Source: Entomortierella parvispora E1425 (lineage: Eukaryota; Fungi; Mortierellomycota). From it: a DNA stretch of 64,000 bases. Below are positions 24,875 through 38,343 of this stretch, piece after piece. The notes beneath the pieces are model-generated. The model was not told where the DNA came from and did not search any database. It saw only the letters and a program-made list of their open reading frames with translations. Positions within the stretch are counted from its first letter, which is position 1; every line of letters starts with the position of its first letter. The stretch is taken from positions 992,001-1,056,000 of the forward strand of contig BQFW01000011.1 of NCBI GenBank assembly GCA_020891255.1. Reading direction: 5' to 3'. The translations under genes were made by a program, and so were the position numbers.

Positions 24875-27329
24875 ATGCCTACCGTCAACGTCGACAAGGA
24901 GGAGCTCTACGCTGCCCTCGGAAGAAACTACAGTAACAGCCTTTTTCCGTCTCCTTTTCTGTCGGCTCATTTTGAGAAAGAAAAATGAAATCAGTCATCT
25001 CATCGACTCTCCCTTGCGTTGCTCCTTTTTAGCTTTCGATGAGTTCATGGACCTTTGCTTCAACTTTGGAATTGAGCTTGAGGAGGATGTAAGCATGTGC
25101 TGCATTAGCTACTTCTACCACTGTATCTTTATATGTGTATCTACACTTCATAGGAATGCATACTAATCGAGCCCTTGTCCTCTTGCAGACCTCCCCCAAG
25201 GAGATGGCCATTCGCGAGGTCGGAGCCCACAAAGTGGACGATAGCGTTTCTGACAGAGCCATCTTGAAGATCGATATCCCCGCCAACCGGTAACATGCAT
25301 TTGCTGTCCAAAATTCATACAGGAGGCATGGACCAGGATATGGGCAACAACTAACGCTTGCCAATCGTTTTTTTTTTTTTTTTTTTTGAAAGTTACGATC
25401 TTCTTTGCCACGAGGGCATTTCTCGTTCGTTGATGGTCTTCCAGGGCAAGGCCAAGCCTCCAGTCTTCAAGACTGTCCAGCCCCCTGCTGGCCAGGCTCT
25501 CCAAAAGATGATTGTCAAGCCTGAGGTTCGTCTACTCACAATTCTGACACGGGCAATTTAAAGTCCATGCCTTCTAATTTCACGAGTTCCTCCTCCATAG
25601 ACTGCTGCCATTCGTCCCTTTGTCGTCAGCGCTATCCTCAGGAACGTCAAGTTTACCGAGCTTAACTACAAGAACTTCATTGACTTGCAGGACAAGCTTC
25701 ACATGAACATTTGCAGGAAGCGTACTTTGGTCGCCATTGGAACTCACGACCTTGACACCATTCAGGGCCCTTTCACCTATGAGGCGCTTGCACCCAAGGA
25801 CATTCAGTTTGTTCCCTTGAACCAGGAGAAGAACATGAACGCAGAGGAGCTTATGGAATTTTACGCGAGCGATAAGCACCTCTCCAAGTTCTTGCCCATC
25901 ATCCGTGATTCGCCAGTGTACCCTATCATCTACGACTCCAACCGCCAGGTCTTGTCACTTCCCCCTATCATCAACAGTAACCACTCCAAGATTACGCTCG
26001 ACACCAAGAATGTCCTCGTCGAGTGCACAGCGACCGATCTCACCAAGGGCAAGATTGTTCTCAATACCATGGTTGCCATGTTCTCTGAGTATTGTGCCGA
26101 GCCCTTCACGTAAGTTGAGAAAGTGCAGAGTGCATACATGTCATTTGAGCTGTTAAAGGAGAGAGGCATATCTGTAACTAAGGTTCTCAATGTTTTTGTT
26201 CTTTGTAGCGTCGAGCCTGTTGAGATCATTTATGAAGACAACCGCCTGCCTGCTGGCGTGACCCCCGATCTTTCGAACCGCACTGCCACCGCCAAGATTG
26301 ACTACATCAATGGATGCACAGGACTGAATCTCAGCTCTGACGAGATCTGTGACTTGTTGAACAAGATGTCGTTGGAGGCTGCTCCCAGCAAGGAGGACAA
26401 GAACGAGGTTGTTGTCCAGGTCCCAGTCACTCGCTCGGATGTGCTTCACCAATGCGATATCATGGAGGATGTCGCCATTGCTTATGGATTCAACAATCTC
26501 AAGCGCACTACTCCCTCTGTGAGCACGATTGGAAAGCCCTACCCCCTTAACAAGCTGGCTGATGCTGCCCGTTTGGAGCTTGCGCTTGCTGGATGGAGCG
26601 AGGTCTGCCCCTTGACATTGGTAAGCTTTGATACCGACTCAGATATTTGATCATCGCGTTTCCACATATCTAATTCATTCTCTATTGCTGATAGTGCTCT
26701 CGCGATGAGAACTTCACTTTCTTGCGCCAGAAGGATCCCGGCAATTTGGCCGTTTCTCTTGCTAACCCCAAAACGAAGGAGTACCAGGTTGTGCGCACCT
26801 CCCTTCTCCCTGGTGTTTTGAAGACCTTGAAGGAGAACAAGAAGCACTCATTGCCTATCAAAATCTTTGAGGTCGGTGACACTGCCATCAAGGATGATTC
26901 CATGGAGCGTCGTTCGCGCAACGTCCGCAAGGTGTGCGCCACCTACTCGAACAAGACATCTGGCCTCGAGCAGATTCACGGATTGTTGGACCGTACCCTC
27001 CAGATGTTGCACTGCCAGCCCACTGACAAGGACGGCAAGGGTCCCGGATATTGGATTCAGGACTCTGAGAGTAAGCGACTACCTCATTTTCTATCGTTGA
27101 TACCTTCGACGCAGTAGATGTTAACTTTATATGCACCATTAACACTCTATCAAATGCTTTTTTAGACCCTACATACTTCCCTTCAAGAAGTGCAGATATC
27201 TACCTCCGCCAAGATGGAGAGGTCAAGGTCATTGGTTCTTTCGGTATTCTTCACCCTGAGGTCTTGGACAAGTTCGACTTGAACTTCCCCACCTCGGCCA
27301 TGGAGTTTGACCTGGAACCTTTCCTGTAG
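24875..27329 (+). CDS. FRS1: Phenylalanyl-tRNA synthetase beta subunit (cytosolic); 8 exons
   Basis: [20 protein letters not shown]|[62 protein letters not shown] and FGILHPEVL. All introns are GT-AG. Confidence 0.96.
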
Positions 27330-27481
27330 ACTGATTTAAAATATACAGAAAACAGAATGAGAAATGAGGACAGAAGTAGAAGAAAAATAACACATCCACA
27401 TAAAACACGCAAGTGAAGTCAACGAAGATAATAAAATTCGCGGGATCAATGAAGATTATCAGTCTTTATTCAACAGTCTAC

Positions 27482-30400
27482 TTATCTAGACCCCAAGGCA
27501 TTGCCCTCAGCGAGTTGGACCAATGTTGTGTATCTAAAATGGTCGAGCGGTCGCCGGCCCTGTTTAGTCATCCATAGGTCTGTCGTGAACAAGTTTTCAT
27601 AAAAGGAACGATCCAACCGCTGCTCGCGTCCCCTGCTGAGGGGAAGACTAGACAAGGAACGCGTCATACCAGTCTTGACCATCCACTGTACTCGTGTAGT
27701 TGTTTCCGCCTCCTCAGCTGAGGTCAAGCCCAAGCCTCGGAGAAAAGCTACCTCTGTCATTTCAGGCCTGTCAGGCTCCCGAGATAGAGCCCTTGACTTG
27801 ATTCCAACACAGACTTTTTTGGCTGTCTTAGCTGGCTCCTGAGTCTTCATCATACTGGCCTCCGTCAACAGTCGTTTTTTGTTCTGGCCAGCATCCCATT
27901 CCATATCCGAGCCCTGATCAAGCTCATATACAGACGCAAACTCACGACTCATGAAGAAATCCATCACACCGCCGCGGTTTCGGTAATCGTCGTCAGGGCG
28001 AAGGAACCAGAGCGGCATGATTTTTGGAGGGTCATCGGGAGGTGTGTAGATTCCATCCTCGGACTTTTCCTTATCACACTTCCGACAGAGACATTCGCCT
28101 GTACACCTTGGACATATCCAGGGCTCGCGTCGGCCTGCAACATCGTGCCATGCAATATTGTACCGTTCAAAGAGACAACTTTCGCAATACGGCGTGCCAC
28201 ATTCAATACATTGGATGGTGACAATATTCTGCGAAACGCGATTGCACCGATGACATTTCTAGCAAAAATGAACTTGGGATGAGGGAAAGAATCGAAAACA
28301 CACGTCACTAACCCGACAATTGGTCAGATAATCACTTACAGGACTGGAGGCTTTGAGAAGCTGTCTTCTCTTGTACGCAAGGGTTGCTGGGGAGAGACTT
28401 TTCGAGTAGGAGGGAATGATTCTAGTGTGCTCAATATAGGATATAGGATATCAGAACCACCCTGTTCAGCCACCAAATCTCCGTAAAAGCATGACTTGCA
28501 ACTTACCCATTGATCCAAGGATCCAGCAGCTTCTCATATCCTACACAGGATGCGAGAATTTGAGAATCATTCCAAGCCTCGATGGCATCCGAAAAAAGCT
28601 CCTGTAGAGATCCCATGGAAAACGACTCAATGAAATCAACCTTGCTTGCCCTATGGATGCACCCTCGACCTCGAGCAAAGCACCTGAGACAGGTGTCATA
28701 GTCATCTTCGCCATAGGCACAACGACTACATCGGAAGTGTCGGTTCCAAATGTCGCAGAAACAAAAGTCGCACACCGCAGGTGTTGAACCATTGACGCGC
28801 CTTGGCCCATTAAATTCGCTTCCTTCAGACTGTTCAATCCATTCGTCCTCCACGATGATCCTGTACAGCTCTAAAAGATCTTTGAAGCTCTCCATAAAAT
28901 ATGGCTCTGGTAGAACGTCTGGAAGCCTCTCTTGTCCCCGTAAGAGCATTGTAAACTCACGAAGAGAACTTTGAATCACCAGACTGATCCTGTAACCCTC
29001 AGTCCGACCGATTCTAAAACAAGCAGAGAGATCGAGTTTGAGAAAAATAATACCGACATAGAGCAGCAGTCTCTCCACAGTCGCACTTACTCCTTGTACC
29101 GCGGAAGGACAAAGTTGATGGCAGACTTCAAGCAATCTGCTGTTTGTCTATTCCATGAAATTTTGATAGTTGCCTTTCCCTATAACCATCAAGTAGATTT
29201 GTTAAAAGATAGATCAGCCTGCAGTGCACATCTCAGTCACAGACGCCAACTTTCAGTACCAGATTGACAACTTGATGGTAACTCATGGAGGGTACCATGA
29301 CGAAATCACCGATCTTTTGCTCGACAACGTAAATAGGGAAGTCGGCCAGCTTCATATGGTCCACGGTAGCAAAGTATCCTTCGTAATCAATAGGCTCCCC
29401 AATGGAGGCCCAGAGCGCCCTGGCCTTTTCCCTATCCTCTGTTTTCACCATGAACCAGATGGATGACGAATCTAGAGAATAAAAGAGGTAAAGACGGGAC
29501 TTGTGTCAGCCATCATTTCCATTTACTGACAACACTTGGTACTCAATGCACCTACCGTCATCAGCCCATGCCATGATATTGTGACCAATAGATCCACATT
29601 GGTCTACATGCGTTGGGGTCCTAGAATCAACAATGTGTAGAAAAGATTAGAGCCATTCTAAAACGGACAAAGAATATTAACACATGAGTCTGGCAAACGG
29701 ACAAAGAATATTAACACATGAGTCTGGCACCAACCACGTTCCGGCCTGTCCAATGTAAACCATCAAATTTTCTGCCGCAAATTTGGGATCGACGTTGCCT
29801 ATCGACAAAGCAACAACAAACTCAATAAAAGAGACATATAACAGAGAGGGCGATCTTCTAAGACTTACTCATGAGATCGTTTCCTGCCATGTATACAAGC
29901 CAATTGGGAAGAAACTCATCCAAGTACCTCCTCCAAGTCTTGGGACAAGTCAGGTCTTTTGCATAAATGAGAGGATCCAATGATACAGGTTCACTCGGCG
30001 ATATTGCTTCGGAATCAGTGGATCCAGGTTTAATGTTCAAGAGAGATGAAACAGTTGGTCGAGGAGAAGTGGGTGAAGGCTCCGTTGCAGAAGCACAATA
30101 GGTCATCTCATAGGAAGGAGATAACTGAGGATCTTGGAGCAAGATCCCATCCTTGATCTCGTCAACCAATCCACGGGTATTCGAGGAGTCGTTGCATTTG
30201 AAGGAACCGCAGGGAACAAGGTCCGCCTCTACAGGTCGACACAGTGCTCCAGCTACCACCTGTCCAAGACAAGGAGATGTTGATGCTTTGATTGGTACTT
30301 CCGTTGAATGCTCTATATCGGTACGGGGACTGTCGGTAGTTGCCATGTCCCTGTTTCGTACTTTGGAGGGTAAATCAGGCGAGGTTTTTGCATTTCTTGA

Positions 30401-30867
30401 CTTTGAGCGTTGTGCAAAACTCACGGGATGTACTTGACGGATATACTCGCCCATTGACATCTCCACATCCTGAGCATTGGCCAAGTCACGGCATTGGATT
30501 TTTTCTAAACGACACAGTCAAGCAGAGACGTGTCAGTAAAGAGGATGTATCTTCAGTTGTGGCGCGACTATACTCAGGTAGCGGTACTGTATCACTTACT
30601 GTTGCTATACATTTCGTCAAGGTACGAGAAGGTGAAGAGTGCCTTGTCCCAGTCCTGACGAAGGTGAAAGTTTTCAAGCACCACCGGCGTGCCTTTTTTA
30701 ACACAAATATCCTCGACAATAGAGCGAAGCTGAGGCTCATTTGTGATCACATCGATGCGCTTGATCGGTTCAAAAGGGTATCCCATGGCGATAATATTCT
30801 GAAAGTTCATTGAGGAAAGGTCAACCAAGGTCTGGGCTTTGCCCTCCGGGTTTGCAGCGGCCTGCAT
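27482..30867 (-). CDS. JmjC-domain 2-oxoglutarate/Fe(II) oxygenase with a C-terminal Cys-rich zinc finger; multi-exon
   Basis: Spliced core GQAGTW|TPTHVDQCGSIGHNIM (HxD) and EQKIGDFVMVPSMSYHQVVN (distal His). Later CDFCFCDIWNRHFRCSRC...CLRC...CIH. Likely start MQAAANPEGK at 30867. Confidence 0.85.
29661..29728. repeat. Perfect 34-bp tandem duplication inside a JmjC intron
   Basis: AAACGGACAAAGAATATTAACACATGAGTCTGGC occurs at 29661-29694 and again at 29695-29728. Confidence 0.95.
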
Positions 30868-31216
30868 CTTTGTTTGGGAATGAGAAGCTAAGAGACAAAC
30901 TGCCCGAGAGACGGGGGGTGTGGAGAGAAGACTACAGTAGACGGAGTAAGCTGTACCCCAATATTCCGATGACTTCTTTTGTTCAGATGCGAGAAGCAAC
31001 GCGAGAAACATGCATGCATGCATGCATGTATGCATTCGTTGCATGTGCCGTCTTCTGAGGACCCTTAAGAATAAAATGACGCCACCGAAGAGTAAGTCGC
31101 TTGCACTGCTGCAGGAAGAAACCCCGATAAGGGTGTTGTTTTGTTTGCAGGGCGTCTTCCTTCCTTTTTCTTCTTCACCCATCCTTCCTTTTTCCCCCAA
31201 CCACAACACTATCACA

Positions 31217-32135
31217 ATGGAGCGTACTTACATCATGGTGCGTGTTTTATCGCTTGATAATATCTCTTAGTAACCCTCATCCGTAGAAACGGAATCAGTC
31301 CAAGTTTGATTCAGCTTTCTAATTCTGATGTCGCTCTCTTTTCCACTTCTCGTACTTTCTCGGAGAATAGGTTAAGCCCGACGGCGTCGAGCGTGGTCTC
31401 GTTGGTGAGATCATCAAGCGCTTCGAGAACAAGGGTTTCCAGCTCATTGCCCTCGAGCTCAAGACCGTATGTCTATATTTACTCTGAATACGATTGGAGG
31501 CGTTTGTAGTTCCCACGGTCAATTGTGTTCTGACCCTGTCTCTTTCACCCCCGAAAATAGCCCAAGCGCGAGCTCCTCGAGCAGCACTACGCTGACCTCG
31601 CCTCCAAGCCCTTCTTCGGCGGTCTCATGAAGTACATGACCTCTGGCCCCGTTGTACGTATTCTTCCCTATTTGATTTGCGACTATTAAGGCCCTCAGAG
31701 ATCATTTGGAATCTTAATGATATATACACCATCTGACGTCTTTTTTTTTATTTATTTATTTTGCCTGCTCCTGAATAGGTTGCCATGGTTTGGTCCGGAA
31801 AGGGTGTTGTCAAGGCTGGCCGTGTCCTCCTCGGTGAGACCAACCCCTTGGCCTCTTTGCCCGGCACCATCCGCGGTGGTAAGTTGCAGCCCCCTCATAT
31901 AGGCAACAGAGCATCAATCGACTCGCTACACGATGTGATATCTGACAACTGGTACTTTTTTTTTTGCTTTGCTTTGTGGTATTTTTTTTTCACTCTAGAC
32001 TTCTGCATTGATGTCGGCCGCAACTTGTGCCACGGTTCCGACTCCGTCGACAACGCTGAGAAGGAGATTGCTCTTTGGTTCCCCCACGGTGTCGTCTCCC
32101 ACCAGCGTGTCATGGAGAAGCTCATCTACGAGTAA
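31217..32135 (+). CDS. YNK1: Nucleoside diphosphate kinase; 5 exons
   Basis: MERTYIM|[37 protein letters not shown]...PGTIRG|[16 protein letters not shown] (phospho-His), ending IYE*. Confidence 0.97.
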
Positions 32136-32260
32136 ATGTAATCGTTTCCTAAACGTTACCGCACCCATCAATAAAACAACGGAAAAATTCCAGAAAAACG
32201 TTCATTTAGTAGTGCTTATTATTATGGGCTTGCCAGGATATCGTGAACATGTTGAAGTCT

Positions 32261-32923
32261 CTAAGCTGCCGAGTCGTGCAAGGGCATGATTGTCCCGTCA
32301 TTCACCAACCTGGTGCGACCTACATAGTTTGGCATTCTCCTCTAATGGCCACCTCCGCTGGGGCCATACCGAGATCAAAGTGGTGCCACTCTACCAGCAA
32401 ATAGTCAGTGACAATACCAGCCTTCATCTGAGCCAGATGTGGCACGATCTCGTACTCTGCATCCTCGATATCCAGCTTGACGACTACAAAATCACGGCTT
32501 GAGAAGTTTACAAAGAGCCAGCGCGCTAGGTTGATGCTTATCAGACGTGTTCCTTTCGAGCCCGAGGCCTTGGCATCCTGGTGTCCCGCATAGATAGAGG
32601 ATCCCCAATAATCATGACCGTTATTGGCCGTATCGAGGTAAAAAGTCCTGATACCATCCTCAACATCAGCCACAGTTGAAAGAGAGATGTGAACCTTCAT
32701 ACCTTTTGATCTGTACTTTTCCTTGGCTCTGACAAGAGCCTCATTGCATACTGGATTGGCTTCGAACGAGTCCGCGCCGTTGGCACCAAGATCTAAGTAA
32801 GATATAACGAGGCTTTGGTGTGCGGTACCATTCCATAAACGAGCTACGGAATGTCAGAGCCAAGAGTAAGGCCGAAATCATTATGGCTACACGCATGCTC
32901 TTCACTGCAGCGAGGTTCGTCAT
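32261..32923 (-). pseudogene. FkbM-like SAM-dependent methyltransferase pseudogene
   Basis: The signal/TM N-terminus is out of frame (+1 near 32800) with YLDLGANGADS. FEANP follows immediately, which implies an internal deletion. VVVKLDIEDAEY and LLVEWH are present, with a second frameshift before the final ...GTIMPLHDSAA* (32261). Confidence 0.7.
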
Positions 32924-33263
32924 TATGGAGGGATAGCAGATGATGGCAAATTGGGGATGTATTCGAGTGATAGGAAGAGTAATGTCAAGGAAGGAACGAA
33001 AAAGTACTTCGTTTGAAAGGAGGGAGCTTGACCTCGCGCCAATGTTGGTTTTCAGGAGAGAGAACCGAAAGGAGGGACCAGCTCAAAATAAAGCTGTAGT
33101 GGAACCACGCATTCATAGCTCACGCGCCAGGAAAGTCAGATAAAAAAAATCACATCTCGACACTGCAGTATCCGATAATCTTGAAAGCGGTCAGGTCAAA
33201 ACCAGTTTTGGCATTGAAGCAATGCTCCGTCTTTCGCTCCCTCCGTCTGCACTACTGGCTATC

Positions 33264-34080
33264 ATGACTTCAGATGCACCAGAGGCTCCACCAGGATTCG
33301 TCTTTGTCGGACCTAGTTCTGACTTTCTGTCAACGCAGGCGCATGCAGGATCGAATGAACTCGACGGAGTTAATGTCAATGACCGGAAATTGCTTCACTC
33401 ATCGTTGCCGTCCAGCTCCCACCTCGTCGACTGTCCTGCACAGACCATGGCCATTTCACCCGTTGCAATCTCTGGTGAAAGGACGGCTATCAAGGCAGAC
33501 CAGAACTTCGAACAGACACTCACTCCTTTGATTAAAGTGATTGAGGTGCCACAGCCCGAAGGACGATATCCTTCAACAAAGCGGGTTGCTGTCACCCACT
33601 TCCATGGAAAGTGGTACGCCTTCATCAATGTAGGTCGTTGCTTCATAGACCATTGGTGCTGCCTCTTGACCCTCATTCTTTATCTCCTTGTTCCTGACCC
33701 ATGAGGCGACGATTTGTATGTCTTTTTCTATCAGATTTGCCCGCACCAAGGGTCCGCCTTGTCAAAAGGTTCTATGACTGACATCGAGGACATGGGTATT
33801 GTCTGGGGTGCAGGCGTTGTATGTTCATTACATGGCTGGTAAGTGCCGTCGATGCCACATAAGACAGACCTTCAGATCTTCCCCATTATCGTACTCACCG
33901 TGAGCACTCTCCCGTTTCAGGACTTTTGACGCCTTTTCAGGGCAATCGAGTTCGACACGGTTCGTCATTGATACCTTTGAGGTCAAAGAGGTGGATGGGC
34001 ACGTCTTTGTGAGTGTGCTTCCCAGAAACACACACGTCCAAGGCCAGCGGAGAGACTTCGGTGGCAAAGAGTTGAACTGA
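33264..34080 (+). CDS. Stand-alone Rieske [2Fe-2S] domain protein; 3 exons
   Basis: Spliced KWYAFIN|ICPHQG...VVCSLHGW|TFDAFSG gives the CxH...CxxH Rieske ligands. TGA at 34078-34080. An alternative upstream start is at 33222. Confidence 0.85.
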
Positions 34081-34610
34081 GGATAGGGAGGCTTAGACAT
34101 TTTTTCGCCGACTCCATAAAGGTGCTCACCAGTGCTTTCTTTGTTCCTCACTGCCAAGACTAAACAGTAAGGGTTATATAGCCTCTTGTGAAATATCAAG
34201 AGATACCAATACCAATTTTTGGAAAGGGCATCATTGTGTCGGTAACCCATGGAGCGTCGACCTTCCACTCTCGAAAGAGATAGATCGTCCGCTCCCGGGT
34301 TCTATCCGGTCAGCCCTTTATTTTATTTCTCACAGAAAAAACGATCAAAAGGTCTATTGTGTCCATGGCGAAAACAGGCTTCGACAGGGAGAGTAAATGG
34401 AAGACTATGAAGAGACTATGAGTACATGGGAGTAGATCGTCGAACAGCCCCCCCATTGACAACAGACATCATAAAATGACGATGAACGCCCAACTCCATA
34501 ATTAACAGCATGCTGACTTGTCATGGTCAGCCCCTTAAATACAGTTCTTGATCAAAACCGTGGTTGCAAATGCACACCTTCCTTCGCCATTGACTAACGA
34601 CTCGACATAA

Positions 34611-37600
34611 ATGAGCAAGCGACCCATTAGCTTTGGAAGTGCTGGGCTTGGGCTCAAGTCCAGCCCGTTTTCACGACTCTCACGGCCGGCCGCAGCCAAG
34701 TCCTCTCTCGGATTCGACAATGACGAGGACGAGCAGGACGAGGAACACAACAAGGGCCTGCACAGACGCAAACAACTCAAGTTAGACGACGAGTTGGAGG
34801 ATAGGGACGAGAGAACAGCAGACAAAGGTCTAGAGGAGCCCAAAGTTAGCCACACTCCTTTTTTCTTGAAGAAACCCCTCGGACGTACTGATGTTGAAGA
34901 CGAGGAAGATGCTTTCTCACGTCTGAAATCAAACAAGGGTAAGGATAGTAGGAATCTCCGTGGCTTTTACCTGGATCTTTAGTTAACGATGACTGGAATG
35001 CAATCCTGTTTTCCACTTGTTAGAACCCTCCAAGGAGATAAACGATAATGCAACGGTCAAGACTGATGAAGAAGAAGCTGATCCTTTGGATGCATTCATG
35101 GCCGAGATCGATACTCAAGTTCAAAAAGAGGCCGACGCTCCTCCGGAAGAAAAGGTATGAAGATAACTGTAATCCAAAAGATATGAAGACGCTTGATCAG
35201 ACAGCAAGAAACAATAAATCTAACCTCGTCGCTGCCATACCAATGCTCTCGTTAGATCCGACGGGATGATATCGAAGATGAGGATGAAATCGAGAGTTAC
35301 ATGAAACACATGAAGAGGAAAGGAATTACCATTGGACAAGGTGGACCTGTGAAAGACCGACCTGAGGTAGCACAATTATTGCGGTCGTTAGAATCACTCG
35401 TATGTTCAAGACTTTGCTGCTTGTTAACAACCTTCCGATATAGGATGCTGACTCGGACGAAGAGGTCTATGCTACTGCCAGAGCCATCGATAATGCAGCA
35501 GAGGCCATGTAAAGAGTGGATGCAGACTATGATGAACGGGTGTACCCTTTTTCTTATCTCTGCTAACGAAAACTATCATCATGATAGGCTTGACAACGAT
35601 GACTATGATGCCCAGTCTGGAGTCAAGAAGGAAATTACGCCTTTGCCCAGAATCGACCACTCGAAACAGGATTACATAGATATCGAGAAATGCTTTTACG
35701 AGGAGCATGAAGACATCGCGAAGTTGACTGAAGAGCAAGTGAGAAAAATCAGATCCGAGCTAGGTACGGCTTGCGGCTGCCTAAAGAATCATGAGTCGCC
35801 ACTCGTCAAGCGGAGGCATCTATTGCTCTGCTCTTCCTCCAAGCTGGAACTTACGCATCTGTGTACCTTTTAGATATGAGGATATCTGGAGTGGCTGTGG
35901 CAAAGCCCTGCATCTCCTTTGCCCATTTTGGTTTTGAGGAAGCCCTGATGGAGACCATTCGTAGAGCAGGATATTCTGAACCTAGTGGAATCCAGCAACA
36001 GGCTATCCCGGTGGCTCTTTCAGGGCGGGACATTATCGGAATCGCCAAGACTGGATCTGGCAAAACCGCCGCCTTCCTACTACCGATGATTGTTCATATA
36101 ATGGATCAGGAAGAGCTTGAAAAAGGGGATGGTCCAATCGGTGTTGTCCTTGCCCCGACGCGCGAGTTGGCGGATCAAATCTACAGTGAGGCTAAGCGGT
36201 TTGCTAAGGCTTACGGATTACGTGTGGCAGTGATATACGGTGGAGCAAGCAAGCAGGATCAGTTCAAGGCTCTCCGTTCTGGAGTTGAGATAGTTGTGGC
36301 AACCCCTGGAAGACTCATTGATATGATCAAAATTAAGGCAACGAATTTCCGAAGGACGTCGTACCTTGTGCTGGACGAAGCTGACCGTGTGTTTGACTTG
36401 GGATTCGGTAAGGAATGAGCATGCTGTCTAGTACCAGGTCATTCTTCGTGCATGCCATGCTTACCATATTCTGTTTTCTTATGCTATTAGAGCCTCAGGT
36501 TCGATCCATCTGCGACAACATCCGACCCGACCGACAGAGTAAATACCACCCATTGATGTTGAAAATATGGGCAGGTGCGGTGGATAGACTACTAATATTA
36601 CCGTCGGTGCAACTTTAGCACTACTATTCAGTGCCACATTCCAGAAACGCGTCGAGAGGTTAGCAAGAGAGGTCATGTCAGATCCTGTTCGGATATCTAT
36701 TGGAAATGTCGGACAGGTAACAACCACAGTGTCATGGTGATCCTGCTGCTTGACGACTATACATGCCAGGCTATCGTACTAATATTGTGTACTGTCCTTC
36801 CTTAGATCAACTCGGACGTTACTCAAGTTATTGATGTTTTGAAAGATGATTCCTTGAAATGGAACTGGCTCTTGTCAAGACTATCCGAGTTCGAAGCTCG
36901 TGAGTTCCTGGCAATGTCGGGCTATGAAATCAAAAAACGAATGCGCCTATTTTTCTGACCAATGCACGTTTTGACTTCCAATGTATTAGTTGGATCCGTG
37001 ATGATATTTGTTTCTCGCAAGAGTGGCGTTGTCGAGCTGACGGAGAATCTTCAGAATGCTGGTGTCAACTGTAAGTAAATGGATCGTGAGGTCCATTAGG
37101 AATTTCTCGATGCTTTACTGATAGATTTTTTTTCATTATCCTGCAAATAGGCCAGTGCCTGCATGGTGACATGCAACAGCAGGAACGTGACAAAGCAGTA
37201 CACGACTACAAAACCAAAGTTTTCCCAACTTTAGTTGCAACCGATGTAGCAGCTCGCGGATTGGACATCAAGTCTATTCGAACTGTTGTCAACTATGATG
37301 TGGCTCGAGATATTGATTCGCATGTTCATCGCGTCGGAAGAACAGGGCGAGCTGGCGAAAAGGGAACTGCGTATACCTTGATCACAGAGAAGGACGATCG
37401 ATTTGCTGGCGAGCTCGTGAGAAACCTCGAAGAATTTGGGCAGCCGGTTTCACCTGATGTTATGAAGATCGCGATGCAGAACCCTCGTTTCAGGAAAGCA
37501 AGACAGTTCATGGGAGGAAATCGAGGAGGTAGGGGAGGACGCGGTCGAGGACGTGCCCCCGATCGAGGTAGAGGCTCTAATCGTGGACGAGGTGGCTTTG

Positions 37601-38343
37601 GCGGTGGACGCGACGGCTTCAATGGGGGAGGGAAATTCAACCATGGCGACAACGTACATTCTTCTGCCTCGAATGCCACGCCTCTTGGTGCAGGATATCG
37701 AAATGATGGAAGGAGGTACGAAGCGGAAGATGTGCGGGACGGACAACAACCTTATCACCAATCTAAGGAACCAACCCGGGGTTCATCATCTGGATACCGT
37801 GTGTCCGGTTTTCAAAAAGCCACTCGGCCAGAAACTGGTGCACAGGAAGGCTCACTGAGGCCACTGCCGCTGGCAATGGCGTCTTCTCAGTCAGCTCGCT
37901 CCCCAGACTCGCAGTACTTGTCTCCTTCTATGCATCAGTCCCAACCACCAGGAAACCAGCCGCGTCCACTTCGTCCTCCCCCTGAATATGGAGCGCCGCT
38001 ATCTTACCCTCGTCCTCCTCCTCCTCCTCCTCCTCCCCTAAGCCATGGATTCCACCCTTCAGCACAACATCATTTCCGACCGCCACCACCACCATCACCA
38101 GTGGGTTTACCTTCTCAAGGGCAAGTTCCGTCTCGGCCTCCTCCGCATCAGCTCGGAGATCATCAGCGACCCTCCTTTTATCCACCCCCGCCCCACGCAT
38201 ATCGCCCTCCACAACCCCAAATGGCCCCTCATCACCAGCGACCTCCATATCCTCCTCCGCCTCATGGATATCAAGGCGACTCACACCGACCACCCTTAGA
38301 GCATCCTCCAAGAGATTCAGAGCGCAGAAGACGATGGGATTAG
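34611..38343 (+). CDS. DDX42: DEAD-box RNA helicase, DDX42-like, with RGG-rich and Pro-rich tail; multi-exon
   Basis: [71 protein letters not shown] and HRVGRTGRAG. Confidence 0.9.
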
